Sequence record: NC_019517.1
From: Escherichia phage FV3
Reading direction: 5' to 3' (one strand)
Length of the DNA stretch: 64,000 nucleotides
Program-made: the position numbers and the translations under genes
Shown: piece after piece, positions 1 to 8,782 of the stretch
Position numbering within the stretch: the first letter of the stretch is position 1
How the letters are laid out: each line of letters starts with the position of its first letter
The notes under the pieces: model-generated
What the model was told of the DNA's origin: nothing
What the model saw: only the letters and a program-made list of their open reading frames with translations
Database searches by the model: none

Positions 1-396
1 GGGAGATTTAGGAGCCTTCTTGTCCGTTTCCACACATAAACTTTAACCAAACTCGCGCGGGAGTCTCTCAACCGACTCCTTACGGCGCTGGCAAGCTTTC
101 GTCGGTGGTCCACATTAGTGCTCGGCCTTTGGCCTGCGCTATCGCTTCGCTCCCACACATGTTAACAGTCCTGCATGTATGCACTCCTGTTATTGTGTGC
201 ACTATGGAGGCCCGGCATCTCGCCCCTCGTAGGCGAGTGCCAATGAGGGGCCGACACTACCCATAATAAGTAATAAATTTAAAACATGGTACTTAGGATC
301 TAGTATATTCTACATAAGTTAAGTATATGTACTTTAGTACCATAAGTACTAGATCTTTTATTTTTATTATTTAGTTATTTTAGTTATATTCTTTAT

Positions 397-482
397 GTGT
401 CCGTATTGCGGACAGTTAGTGTCCGTATTACGGGCAGATGTGCCCGCGTGACGGACAGTAGTGTCCGTATCACGGACAGTTA
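397..482. repeat. three tandem copies of an imperfect palindrome GTCCGTAT-N-ACGGAC; middle copy carries a nested CGGGCA/TGCCCG palindrome (coordinates approximate)
   Basis: read directly from the sequence; lies in non-coding DNA 3' of the minus-strand operon. Confidence 0.6.
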
Positions 483-553
483 CTATCCTCTGCTCTTGGG
501 TGGACATAAAACATACGAATCCTTATAGTACAGATATTTAAGTTTTTACTGGT

Positions 554-904
554 CTAACCAGTTGTTGACATTAGAATAACCTCTTCTGGTGGCAAAACTT
601 TGGAAAATGTGCATCTTTTACCTCTCCCTTGTGTGGATATTTCAACCACTCCTGCACATTCTAAAGTTTTAACGCACGCTGCTGCTTTTGTTTTCTTTAT
701 CCCAACATCTGCTGCAATTTTCCTTGTGCTTGGTGTGAAGCGTGAATTTCCTCCAAGCTTATACCAGTTGTGCAGGTAGCAGTATACGATCTTGTCATAT
801 AAGTCAAGAACAACAACCTCCCCGGTTGTGTCATTCAAAACTTTTGACATAGACAGTATTTCAAGGGGGACTTTAAGATATAGCAGCTTATCCCCATCTT
901 TCAT
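554..904 (-). CDS. hypothetical protein, possible winged-HTH DNA-binding protein (116 aa)
   Basis: track ORF, last gene of minus operon; basic helix-rich C-terminal half; no firm motif. Confidence 0.4.
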   Translation of the reverse strand: MKDGDKLLYLKVPLEILSMSKVLNDTTGEVVVLDLYDKIVYCYLHNWYKLGGNSRFTPSTRKIAADVGIKKTKAAACVKTLECAGVVEISTQGRGKRCTFSKVLPPEEVILMSTTG

Positions 905-951
905 ATCTCCTGATTCTCCTTGTGTGGCAATTTTCTTTAAAATAGCAGGGA

Positions 952-1506
952 TTACTCCCCGCTGTCAATAGCAAGACTCATTGCAATACGGTATGCCTCT
1001 TCTAATGGTAAGAGTCTCCCCCACACATCCCAACCGACATCAAACTGCCTGCCAAACAACTGCTGTGTGGTTCCGTGAGCATGACCGAACAGTTGGACTG
1101 ATCCGTGAGGCTTTCTGTTCCACTTTGCAAACTGGTAATGGCTCATACAGATCAAATTCTTGTTGTGGCGAAGCTCGTAATAATCTACAACCTCATGACC
1201 GAACTCTTTCATAATTCTGACAGTCGTCCTTGTGTCATGGTTACCACGAACAAGAATAATATGTCCGTTCAACATATTTAGAACATCTGGGAGCAATTTG
1301 TTGATATTCTTATCCTTAGTGCATGCAATATCGCCCAAGTGAAACACAGTGTCTTCCGGTGACACAACAGAGTTCCACTCGGCGATGATTCCTGCATTCA
1401 TACTGTCAAGATTGCGATCATACTGAGATCTGTGTTTTTGACATGAATCAAACTCCATGACTCGCTGGTGGAGAAAGTGTGTATCGCTTGTTACAAAATA
1501 TTTCAT
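952..1506 (-). CDS. calcineurin-like metallophosphoesterase (Ser/Thr or polynucleotide 3'-phosphatase)
   Basis: motifs DTHF, GDI, GNHD, GHAHG typical of the calcineurin/lambda-phosphatase superfamily. Confidence 0.8.
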   Translation of the reverse strand: MKYFVTSDTHFLHQRVMEFDSCQKHRSQYDRNLDSMNAGIIAEWNSVVSPEDTVFHLGDIACTKDKNINKLLPDVLNMLNGHIILVRGNHDTRTTVRIMKEFGHEVVDYYELRHNKNLICMSHYQFAKWNRKPHGSVQLFGHAHGTTQQLFGRQFDVGWDVWGRLLPLEEAYRIAMSLAIDSGE

Positions 1507-1513
1507 ACATCCC

Positions 1514-1924
1514 TCATTTTAGTTTAATGCAGTTTTTAAGCTCACGCTCCATACGGTCCACAACCCTATTTGGAACATCATGAATGCTCTTATTACCGTG
1601 GCGGTTTTCAACCACGATCACAGTATAACTATACCCATGACTGATTGCCATGTCAACATATTCTTGCACATGTTTTTCTTTTGTAAACGTATTACTTACC
1701 ACGACACGGTCGTATCCCATACGCATCATATCTTCTACGTTATCTTTGCACCATTTTGCTGCAAGTGTTACTTTACTTGCATCCCAGTTGTAATTTCCAT
1801 CGTCGTCGTACCAGAACATGTCGTTCTCAAAATGTGGGTACAGCCCCTCTAAAGATAGTGCATTTGCCAGTGTTGATTTGCCAGAACCTGGTAGACCACG
1901 CACGATATATAGCATTTTAGACAT
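1514..1924 (-). CDS. P-loop kinase, polynucleotide 5'-kinase-like
   Basis: Walker A GLPGSGKST at N-terminus; size and layout like the T4 Pnk kinase domain; SD GGAGG upstream. Confidence 0.6.
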   Translation of the reverse strand: MSKMLYIVRGLPGSGKSTLANALSLEGLYPHFENDMFWYDDDGNYNWDASKVTLAAKWCKDNVEDMMRMGYDRVVVSNTFTKEKHVQEYVDMAISHGYSYTVIVVENRHGNKSIHDVPNRVVDRMERELKNCIKLK

Positions 1925-1952
1925 AGTATTCCTCCGTTTTAATTTTAATGGT

Positions 1953-1981
1953 AGTATACATAACTCTTTTGTTCATTTCAA
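1953..1981 (-). promoter_or_regulatory. sigma70-like promoter for minus operon (TTGAAA-N17-TATACT on minus strand)
   Basis: hexamers read on reverse complement, about 25 nt upstream of the kinase ATG. Confidence 0.5.
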
Positions 1982-2024
1982 GTGTTGACACGAGTTTATT
2001 TGTGTGGCAAGATAGAGTGACAAA

Positions 2025-2960
2025 ATGGCAAACGAGGAATGTATGATGAAGTATTTTAATGCAGATGATTTGGTGGATAAAGGTCTTGTAACCAGTCGGT
2101 ATTATCCAGATCTTGGATTAAAGATCTATAAATATGCCAGAAAAGTATTCTACAACAATTTATGGCATTTGTCTCCGCGTTTACTAGAGTGCCGAGGAAT
2201 TGTTGTCGGTAATGAAGGAAATGTTGTGGCATGGCCCTTCACAAAAGTGTTTAACTTGGGAGAAAATTCCACCAACCTGCCTGACAATAAACTTGTGACG
2301 GCGGTAGAGAAAAAGAACGGATTCCTTGGTGTGGTATCATCTCACAAAGGTGAACTGTTGTTCTCAACAACCGGGTCTCTTGATTCTCCATATTGTAACC
2401 TTGCAAAGGAAACAATCCAGGAGCAATGTGGTAATTTAGATCTTATCAAGAAGGTTATGGGCCATGAAAACATGACATTCATGTTTGAAATTTGTCACCC
2501 TTCAGATCCGCATATTGTTCAGGAAGATCATGGCGCATATTTGATAGGTTTCAGATATAATGATTCTGGAATAATGCTACCAGAAGCAGCTTTAGATGGG
2601 ATTGCCAAATACCTTGGTGCAAAACGTCCTCACACTGTGCGTGAAATTCCGTTCAGCTATGCAAAAGAATTAGCTGCAGAAACAAGAGGTGAAGGGTATA
2701 TGATTCGTAAGCCTTACTACCCTTATGATCTGCAGCTGAAGATCAAGTCTCCATACTATTTGGCACGGAAGGCCGTAATGAGGGGTAAAGCTTGGAAGAT
2801 TTGGGATAATGATATCTTTAAACGTGTTGACGAAGAGTTTTACGGCATGGTAAACTTCATTCGTAGAAACTACACAGAAGATGTGTGGAATTGCCTCCTG
2901 GAGCAGGAACGCCGTGAGATACTTGACTGCTATTTCCACAACGAGGACTATATGCAATGA
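2025..2960 (+). CDS. RNA ligase, Rnl1-like nucleotidyltransferase
   Basis: motif I KKNG (Lys about residue 97, as in T4 Rnl1 Lys99), motif IV EGYMIRK, motif V LKIK. Confidence 0.6.
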   Translation: MANEECMMKYFNADDLVDKGLVTSRYYPDLGLKIYKYARKVFYNNLWHLSPRLLECRGIVVGNEGNVVAWPFTKVFNLGENSTNLPDNKLVTAVEKKNGFLGVVSSHKGELLFSTTGSLDSPYCNLAKETIQEQCGNLDLIKKVMGHENMTFMFEICHPSDPHIVQEDHGAYLIGFRYNDSGIMLPEAALDGIAKYLGAKRPHTVREIPFSYAKELAAETRGEGYMIRKPYYPYDLQLKIKSPYYLARKAVMRGKAWKIWDNDIFKRVDEEFYGMVNFIRRNYTEDVWNCLLEQERREILDCYFHNEDYMQ

Positions 2961-3307
2961 AGAAGTTGATTGTGTGGCTGGATGACTTGAGAGATCCGTC
3001 AAATTATGGGCTCCCAGATGCTCTTTGGCTAAAGAATTCCTCTGAGTTTATGGATTTTATTAACGATAAGGGAAAGCTCTACAGGCGCGTTTCTGAGTGG
3101 CACATGGACAACGACCTTGGAGAGGTATTTGAAGGGTACGATTGCCTATCTATGCTGGAAGAAAAATTTGTATTTGGTAAGCCTCCTGTAGTTGACAACG
3201 TGAAGATTTTCGTGCATACTTCTAACCCATCAGCCGCTCGTAAATTCATGCTTGCTGCTGACTCGTTTAAAAAGTTTGGAATAGAGATTAAACAAAACAT
3301 CTACTGA
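2957..3307 (+). CDS. hypothetical protein (116 aa)
   Basis: track ORF overlapping stop of upstream gene; no recognised motif. Confidence 0.4.
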   Translation: MKKLIVWLDDLRDPSNYGLPDALWLKNSSEFMDFINDKGKLYRRVSEWHMDNDLGEVFEGYDCLSMLEEKFVFGKPPVVDNVKIFVHTSNPSAARKFMLAADSFKKFGIEIKQNIY

Positions 3308-3315
3308 GGACACTT

Positions 3316-4077
3316 ATGCGACGACTGATCATTATCTCCGGTGCTGGTTTGAGCGCTGAATCTGGTATCCCAACTTTCCGATCTGGTGGCACTGCAATGT
3401 GGGAGAATTTCAGCATCGATGAGGTGTGTAACATCCACACCTTTGCCAAGAACTACTATAAGGTACATGACTTTTACAATGCACGGCGTGTAGCTTTGGG
3501 GAGTGTTGAGCCTAACCTTGCACATCTCCGGATCGCTGAGTGGTATTCCCGCTGGTCTGGTCGTGTGATCAACCTGACCACCAATGTAGATGATTTGCTG
3601 GAGCGTGCTGGTGTAAAACATGAAGATATTTTGCATGTCCACGGGTATTTGCCAGAAATAGTTTATGAGGATGATGAAGGGAATGACGTCATTAAAGACA
3701 TTGGATACTCTGAGGTAGATGCAAGCGAGTATACTTGGGTCAAGCCTAATGTAGTGTTCTTCGGAGAAGTAGCTCCAAAGTATGTAGACATGTATGACCT
3801 GTTGACTTCTCTGACGAGCAATGATATGGTTATCCTTGTAGGGTGCTCCAACACAGTTATCAATTTTAACTGGGAGCTATTCCCTGCCTGTAATAAGGGG
3901 ACTAAACTACTGATCGTTAACAAATACGACTCACAGCATTTAGGGGAGAATGGCATTTCACGTAGTGACATTTACCAGTATGAGGATCGCGGAATCCCAG
4001 TTTGGTTTAACGGGGCGGTTGACGCTTTCTCTGATAAAACATTCATTGACATCGTAGAAAACTTTATGGAACTGTAA
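3316..4077 (+). CDS. Sir2-family NAD-dependent deacylase / ADP-ribosyltransferase
   Basis: sirtuin motifs GAGLSAESGIPTFRS, TTNVDDL, HVHG, PNVVFFGE; no Cys4 zinc-ribbon seen. Confidence 0.85.
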   Translation: MRRLIIISGAGLSAESGIPTFRSGGTAMWENFSIDEVCNIHTFAKNYYKVHDFYNARRVALGSVEPNLAHLRIAEWYSRWSGRVINLTTNVDDLLERAGVKHEDILHVHGYLPEIVYEDDEGNDVIKDIGYSEVDASEYTWVKPNVVFFGEVAPKYVDMYDLLTSLTSNDMVILVGCSNTVINFNWELFPACNKGTKLLIVNKYDSQHLGENGISRSDIYQYEDRGIPVWFNGAVDAFSDKTFIDIVENFMEL

Positions 4078-4091
4078 GCGGAGGCCTTTTA

Positions 4092-4805
4092 ATGCTGAAT
4101 ACTAAACTGATCGACAACCTGGAAAAACTGTCTCAGCCTGAAAACTACCTTTGGTCTGCCAACTGGGTGGAAAATTGGAACCGTGTAGCAGCTAAAGTGA
4201 AAAAATCATACACACCATTCGAACTTCAGCTGAGTTTCATTGAGGAAGAGTTCAATGAAGTTTTGGAAGAGTTGGAGAAAGGTGATGGTGGGGATCATCT
4301 CCTAAAAGAGGCCTGCGATCTTCACGTTGTCACAAGTTATGCCGCTTATCTTGTTAACGATAACCATGAAAAGTGGTCAAACCTGTTTGATAATCCGCGA
4401 GGTCTTAAGTTTAAGATCGGTGAATTTTATGATACACTGATCGCTGCGAAAAATACCTCTAAGCAAAGAGCGTCTGCTTACCGCTTAGCAGAGTTGTCAA
4501 CAGCTTTGCTGTTCCAGCTTCGCGGTGATGTGTGCGGGATGATGCGGAAGGTTCTAAAATCTAATGACAGCAAGTTTGCACGCGTCAACCATCTGCGGTA
4601 TTCACACGGTGCCAGTGCAGATATGCCTGCTGAACAACTCATCGAGTTGGAGATTAAAGATCTTGAGCGACGCTTTGATGGTCGCTATGAAGGTTTTGTT
4701 GCTAAAGAAGAATTCTACAACGGAAATAAAGTTATCATATTCCTCGACAGTAAAGGTAAGATTATGAAGCCTTCGAGCTTCAAGGATGTAACAGAATATA
4801 TTTAA
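4092..4805 (+). CDS. hypothetical protein, possible MazG-like NTP pyrophosphohydrolase
   Basis: EEEFNEVLEELEKGD...KEACDLHVV resembles the EExxE...ExxD pattern of MazG/all-alpha NTP-PPases; weak. Confidence 0.4.
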   Translation: MLNTKLIDNLEKLSQPENYLWSANWVENWNRVAAKVKKSYTPFELQLSFIEEEFNEVLEELEKGDGGDHLLKEACDLHVVTSYAAYLVNDNHEKWSNLFDNPRGLKFKIGEFYDTLIAAKNTSKQRASAYRLAELSTALLFQLRGDVCGMMRKVLKSNDSKFARVNHLRYSHGASADMPAEQLIELEIKDLERRFDGRYEGFVAKEEFYNGNKVIIFLDSKGKIMKPSSFKDVTEYI

Positions 4806-4811
4806 TAACAT

Positions 4812-4840
4812 AGCCGGGGTGATCCCGGCTTTACTTGTTT
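4812..4840 (+). terminator. rho-independent terminator
   Basis: hairpin AGCCGGG-GTGA-TCCCGGCT followed by T-rich tract just after stop at 4805. Confidence 0.6.
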
Positions 4841-4869
4841 CGGAAAGTATGCAAGTGAGGTAGAAAGTT

Positions 4870-5178
4870 ATGTACAAGCACTCTAGAGATCTTGAAAACG
4901 ATGCTGTGTTTGGTGATCAGATGAAAGAATTGGTTAAACTTATAGGTAGGATAGAGGATAAGTTTGACACTAAGATCTACATCGACAGCAAAGTATTCAA
5001 CCACAAAATATGGACAAATTTGTGTGTTGGACTACATGGGGATAAAGATGTGGTAAATTTAGTTGTAATTAAGTTCATAGTGTGGCAGAATAAGACTATA
5101 AGTTATTACGATCCGCACCTGCTTGTTTACCCGATAAAAGACCTATTAGAGAAGGAGGACTGCAATGCCGTTATTTAA
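4870..5178 (+). CDS. hypothetical protein (102 aa)
   Basis: track ORF with SD; no motif. Confidence 0.35.
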   Translation: MYKHSRDLENDAVFGDQMKELVKLIGRIEDKFDTKIYIDSKVFNHKIWTNLCVGLHGDKDVVNLVVIKFIVWQNKTISYYDPHLLVYPIKDLLEKEDCNAVI

Positions 5179-5434
5179 TCTTGCTAAACCTGTAGAAGCA
5201 CACCAGTTTGACGGAAGCTCTTCATCAGTATCTGATCTGCAACGGTGGATTGATACAGGTGTGTTTACATCGTCACCTGTTCGAACCAGAGATATTCTTC
5301 GCATGTGTGAGCTTGTCGAGCCGTTTGGTAACCTGGTCTTGTACCAAGGGGATTGGTTAGTTGACTTTATGGGAGACTGGTTGGTAATGAGCAAAGAAGA
5401 GATGTTTAAAATTTTTAAGGAAGAGGCTGAGTAA
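5165..5434 (+). CDS. hypothetical protein (89 aa)
   Basis: track ORF, SD AAGGAGG upstream; no motif. Confidence 0.4.
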   Translation: MPLFNLAKPVEAHQFDGSSSSVSDLQRWIDTGVFTSSPVRTRDILRMCELVEPFGNLVLYQGDWLVDFMGDWLVMSKEEMFKIFKEEAE

Positions 5435-6717
5435 TGCATCAGATCAAAACAACACTGTACGCACTGAACAAAGATGGCAGCTACCAACAGTGGAAAGTAT
5501 TCACGGATGGTGATAAGGTTATCGTAGAGTTTGGCAAGCTTGATGGTAAACTGCAATACAAAGAGACGATCTGCACACCTAAGAACGTGGGTCGTGCCAA
5601 TGAAACTACAGCTGAGCAACAGGCTGAGCTGGAAGCGATCAGTAAGTGGGAAAAACAAGTCCGTCTGGGGTATGTTGAAAATATGGAAGATTGCGAGCAG
5701 GGCGTTGACCTTTTACCCATGCTGGTGCATGACTACCTGAAGCGTGGAAAGGCACTTAAATTACCTTGCTGGATCTTGCGTAAGTTAGATGGCCTTCGTC
5801 TACTTGTTGTTTTCCAAAATGGGGAGCCTAAATTTATTTCCCGTGGTAATAAGTCCTACCCTATTCAAGGAAAGCTTCTGGAGCAACTTCGTTCTTTCCA
5901 CTTCACCACCGGGATTAAACAGCTCGACGGAGAGATCTATATTCATGGTCTGCCTCTGCAGAAAATAGTGTCTCTTGCTAAACGGTGGCGCACACAGGAA
6001 GAGATTCAGGCCGAGATCGATAAAGACTACGAGGCAGATAAAAAACGCCGTCATGCCGCAATTAAGGCAGGCTTATCAACATACAAAAACTTCAATAAGG
6101 TAGATATCCCTGTTGATGTTGAGCCTGTTCGTGATGATTTGCGTTACGGAGGGTACTGTAGCTATGACTTAGAGTATCATATTTTCGACATCCCTAGTGA
6201 CAAGGTATGGTGGGATCCGGAAACAGAATCTGGACGATGCAAGGATCTTATGGATGCAGAAGATACCATTACCACTCTGATGCTTGACCATATCAAGGTT
6301 GTTGACGCAGAGCTTGCGTACACAGCTGATCATTGCGAAGAATCTGTTGGTGTATTCATGTCCGAAGGATATGAAGGTACTATCATGCGTAACTTCTGTG
6401 GTAAATACGAATACGGTCAGCGAACATCTGAAGCATTGAAATGGAAAAAGTTCAACGACGCAGAGGTGAAAGTTATTGACGTTGAGAAAGATAAGAATGA
6501 TGAAGGTGTTCTTATCTGTGTTGACAAGGAGGGTGTTGTTGTTAAAATGAAGATGAAAGGCACGCACGAGGAGCGTAGCTATGACAGGATGCAGGAAATG
6601 ATCGGCAAGTTTGTCACCTTCAAATATCAAGCAAGGACAGAAGACAACAACTACCAATTCCCGGTCGGTATCTGCGTCCGAAATGTTAATCCAGACACTT
6701 GGGAGGTGCTGGAATAA
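5434..6717 (+). CDS. ATP-dependent ligase (covalent nucleotidyltransferase), probably DNA ligase
   Basis: motif I KLDG, motif III LDGEIYIHG, motif IV EGTIMR, motif V LKWKK. Confidence 0.65.
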   Translation: MHQIKTTLYALNKDGSYQQWKVFTDGDKVIVEFGKLDGKLQYKETICTPKNVGRANETTAEQQAELEAISKWEKQVRLGYVENMEDCEQGVDLLPMLVHDYLKRGKALKLPCWILRKLDGLRLLVVFQNGEPKFISRGNKSYPIQGKLLEQLRSFHFTTGIKQLDGEIYIHGLPLQKIVSLAKRWRTQEEIQAEIDKDYEADKKRRHAAIKAGLSTYKNFNKVDIPVDVEPVRDDLRYGGYCSYDLEYHIFDIPSDKVWWDPETESGRCKDLMDAEDTITTLMLDHIKVVDAELAYTADHCEESVGVFMSEGYEGTIMRNFCGKYEYGQRTSEALKWKKFNDAEVKVIDVEKDKNDEGVLICVDKEGVVVKMKMKGTHEERSYDRMQEMIGKFVTFKYQARTEDNNYQFPVGICVRNVNPDTWEVLE

Positions 6718-6868
6718 TGTAGGTATGTTTAGTAGATAACGGTAGCCAATTGAATGAGTGTTTTCAATTGGCACCTGCATATGCCCTGATGTATGCACTG
6801 TGCAACATAGCCACACTATGTAGTGGTGCTGATCGGGCTCGTTATGAGTGAACTGGAGAGTATGAAAA

Positions 6869-7357
6869 ATGAAACTTGATAAAAATGTTCAACGAAAAGC
6901 TTTCTTGGATATGATCGCATATTCAGAAGGCACAGATAATGGTAGACAACCTACCAATGATCGGGGATACGATGTTATAGTCGGTGGCAAGCTGTTCAGC
7001 GATTACAGCAAGCATCCGGGTGTTTACGTTAAGCTAAATGCTAAACTTACCTCTTCTGCTGCTGGGCGTTACCAGATTTTGGAGAAGTTTGCTAAACACT
7101 ACATGAAACAGTTAGGATTACCAGATTTTGGCCCTGCCAGTCAGGACAAGATTGCGTTGCAACTGATCCGTGAGTGTAAGGCGCTCGATGATATTGATGA
7201 AGGTCGTATTCACCAAGCTATTTATAAATGCCGCAGCCGCTGGGCAAGCTTCCCACCACCGCCAGGGGCTGGAAAGCTGTACAATCAGCGAGCAGAAAGT
7301 ATAGACAAGATGCTGGATATCTTTAAGAAGTCAGGTGGAGTTGTTACGGATGAGTAA
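6869..7357 (+). CDS. endolysin, lambda R-type lytic transglycosylase
   Basis: near-identical blocks to lambda R: QRKAFLDM, SEGTDNGRQ, GYDVIVGG, GRYQ. Confidence 0.9.
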   Translation: MKLDKNVQRKAFLDMIAYSEGTDNGRQPTNDRGYDVIVGGKLFSDYSKHPGVYVKLNAKLTSSAAGRYQILEKFAKHYMKQLGLPDFGPASQDKIALQLIRECKALDDIDEGRIHQAIYKCRSRWASFPPPPGAGKLYNQRAESIDKMLDIFKKSGGVVTDE

Positions 7358-8033
7358 CGTGATTGACTGGTGGAGTGTCTTTAGATACGACACAGGCACT
7401 GGAAGGTTGTTTTGGAAGGACCCGCCAAAAAACAAACCTCAACTAGTGGGAAAGGAGGCTGGATGTACTAACATGGACGGGTACAGGGATATAGTCTATC
7501 GTGGCGTGCATTACTACAGGCATAGATTGGTGTGGGAGATGCATTATGGACCAATCCCAGAAGGGTATGAAGTTGATCACATAAAGCCACTTTTCTATTC
7601 CGATGGTGTTGCTGATGATAGGGTAGAAAACCTACAACTGTTAACACCAGAAGAAAACGCAAAAAAGGCGGCAGATGACGGATGCCTGGCACGTAAGATA
7701 CCTAAATCCAATACTGGACACTTGGGTGTATATTTTCATGCTAGGACTGGAAGGTATGCTGCTTTTGGTAAGGTAGGTCATTACTATAAGAAAGACCTAG
7801 GGGAGTACGATACCTTAGAAGAGGCCATTGCTGCTCAAAAGTCTTTTGAAAGTGGCACGTTTGTCAGGGAATATCGTGGACATCCTTTAGGGAGGGATAA
7901 ATCTAGAGGTGTCAGATTTGAAGCAGATAGAGGCAAATGGAAAGTAACTTTCAGAGGAAAAACGTTAGGTAGGTTTGACACCAAAGAGTCTGCTGAAGCG
8001 TGTTACGCAAAGGCTCTTGCTGAAAGATTGTAA
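7335..8033 (+). CDS. free-standing HNH homing endonuclease with AP2-type DNA-binding repeats
   Basis: HNH block EVDHIKP...DRVENLQLLTPEENAKK; two AP2-like repeats (GVYFHARTGRYAAFGK, GVRFEADRGKWKVTFRG). Confidence 0.8.
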   Translation: MELLRMSNVIDWWSVFRYDTGTGRLFWKDPPKNKPQLVGKEAGCTNMDGYRDIVYRGVHYYRHRLVWEMHYGPIPEGYEVDHIKPLFYSDGVADDRVENLQLLTPEENAKKAADDGCLARKIPKSNTGHLGVYFHARTGRYAAFGKVGHYYKKDLGEYDTLEEAIAAQKSFESGTFVREYRGHPLGRDKSRGVRFEADRGKWKVTFRGKTLGRFDTKESAEACYAKALAERL

Positions 8034-8041
8034 CAGTATCA

Positions 8042-8070
8042 TTGACATAACCACACGGACGTGGTATTGT
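8042..8070 (+). promoter_or_regulatory. sigma70-like promoter TTGACA-N17-TATTGT
   Basis: consensus -35 and spacing, about 30 nt upstream of ORF 8102. Confidence 0.5.
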
Positions 8071-8101
8071 TACCTCATAGAATGTTCAGGAGGATTTAAC
8101 T

Positions 8102-8308
8102 ATGAAAGATTTTCTGTTGGCAATTTTGTTCATGGCTGCATGCCTTGCCTGTGGTGTCGTGTTTGCAGGTGAGACAGCGTACCTTGTAGATGTATATCGG
8201 GACAATGGTAAACGTATTTGCATTTATGAGACAAGCCAAGGTGAGCTATATGAGCTTGTGAAGCAAGGTGAGGCAGGTTCATGCCCTCGCACCCATTTCT
8301 TTGAATGA
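8102..8308 (+). CDS. small secreted protein or lipoprotein (possible spanin-like lysis accessory)
   Basis: N-terminal signal peptide with Cys-containing LAC/AAC segment; location after endolysin. Confidence 0.45.
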   Translation: MKDFLLAILFMAACLACGVVFAGETAYLVDVYRDNGKRICIYETSQGELYELVKQGEAGSCPRTHFFE

Positions 8309-8317
8309 GGAGGATAC

Positions 8318-8782
8318 GTGGAAGACGGACGTTTAATGAAGTCTGAACGCAGACTTATTGTGCAACTAATCCCAGAAACAGCTTGGTATAATAACCTCAG
8401 AAACGCTGTGAAGAAGAGTGAGTGGGATAAGATCCGTAAGAAGTGCTACAGAGAAGCTAACTACACTTGTGAGGTGTGTGGCGGTAAAGGCAGCAAACAC
8501 CCAGTGGAGTGTCATGAACTTTACACTTTCGAAGATGGGGTGATCCGGCTTGTCGGACTGATAGCTCTGTGTCCAGATTGTCACACATCGGTGCATCCTG
8601 GGTTAGCAAATATCCGTGGGAAGTATGCTCAGGCAGTTAATCAGTTGGCTAAGGTGAATAAGATCACCAAGGGTATGGCGGAGGCGTATTACCGAGACTG
8701 CTTTGCAGAGTGGCGTGAGCTTAGTAAAGTTCCAGAATGGAGAACTGACTTTTCGTGGATAGAGGGTTACCTTGATGGCTAA
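8318..8782 (+). CDS. hypothetical Zn-binding protein, possible HNH-type nuclease
   Basis: CEVCGG...H...CPDCH cysteine/histidine cluster. Confidence 0.35.
   Translation: MEDGRLMKSERRLIVQLIPETAWYNNLRNAVKKSEWDKIRKKCYREANYTCEVCGGKGSKHPVECHELYTFEDGVIRLVGLIALCPDCHTSVHPGLANIRGKYAQAVNQLAKVNKITKGMAEAYYRDCFAEWRELSKVPEWRTDFSWIEGYLDG

Noticed and set aside
981-4877. Antisense track ORFs (981..1214, 1580..1852, 2670..3002, 3079..3300, 3301..3642, 3663..3971, 4564..4767, 4602..4877)
   Set aside because: Shadow frames lying within stronger, motif-supported genes on the opposite strand or in another frame; the same reasoning applies to analogous antisense ORFs throughout the window
5434-6717. NAD-dependent (LigA-type) DNA ligase
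   Set aside because: Motif IV is EG-type and there are no LigA C-terminal Zn/HhH/BRCT modules; ATP-dependent ligase preferred, but not proven
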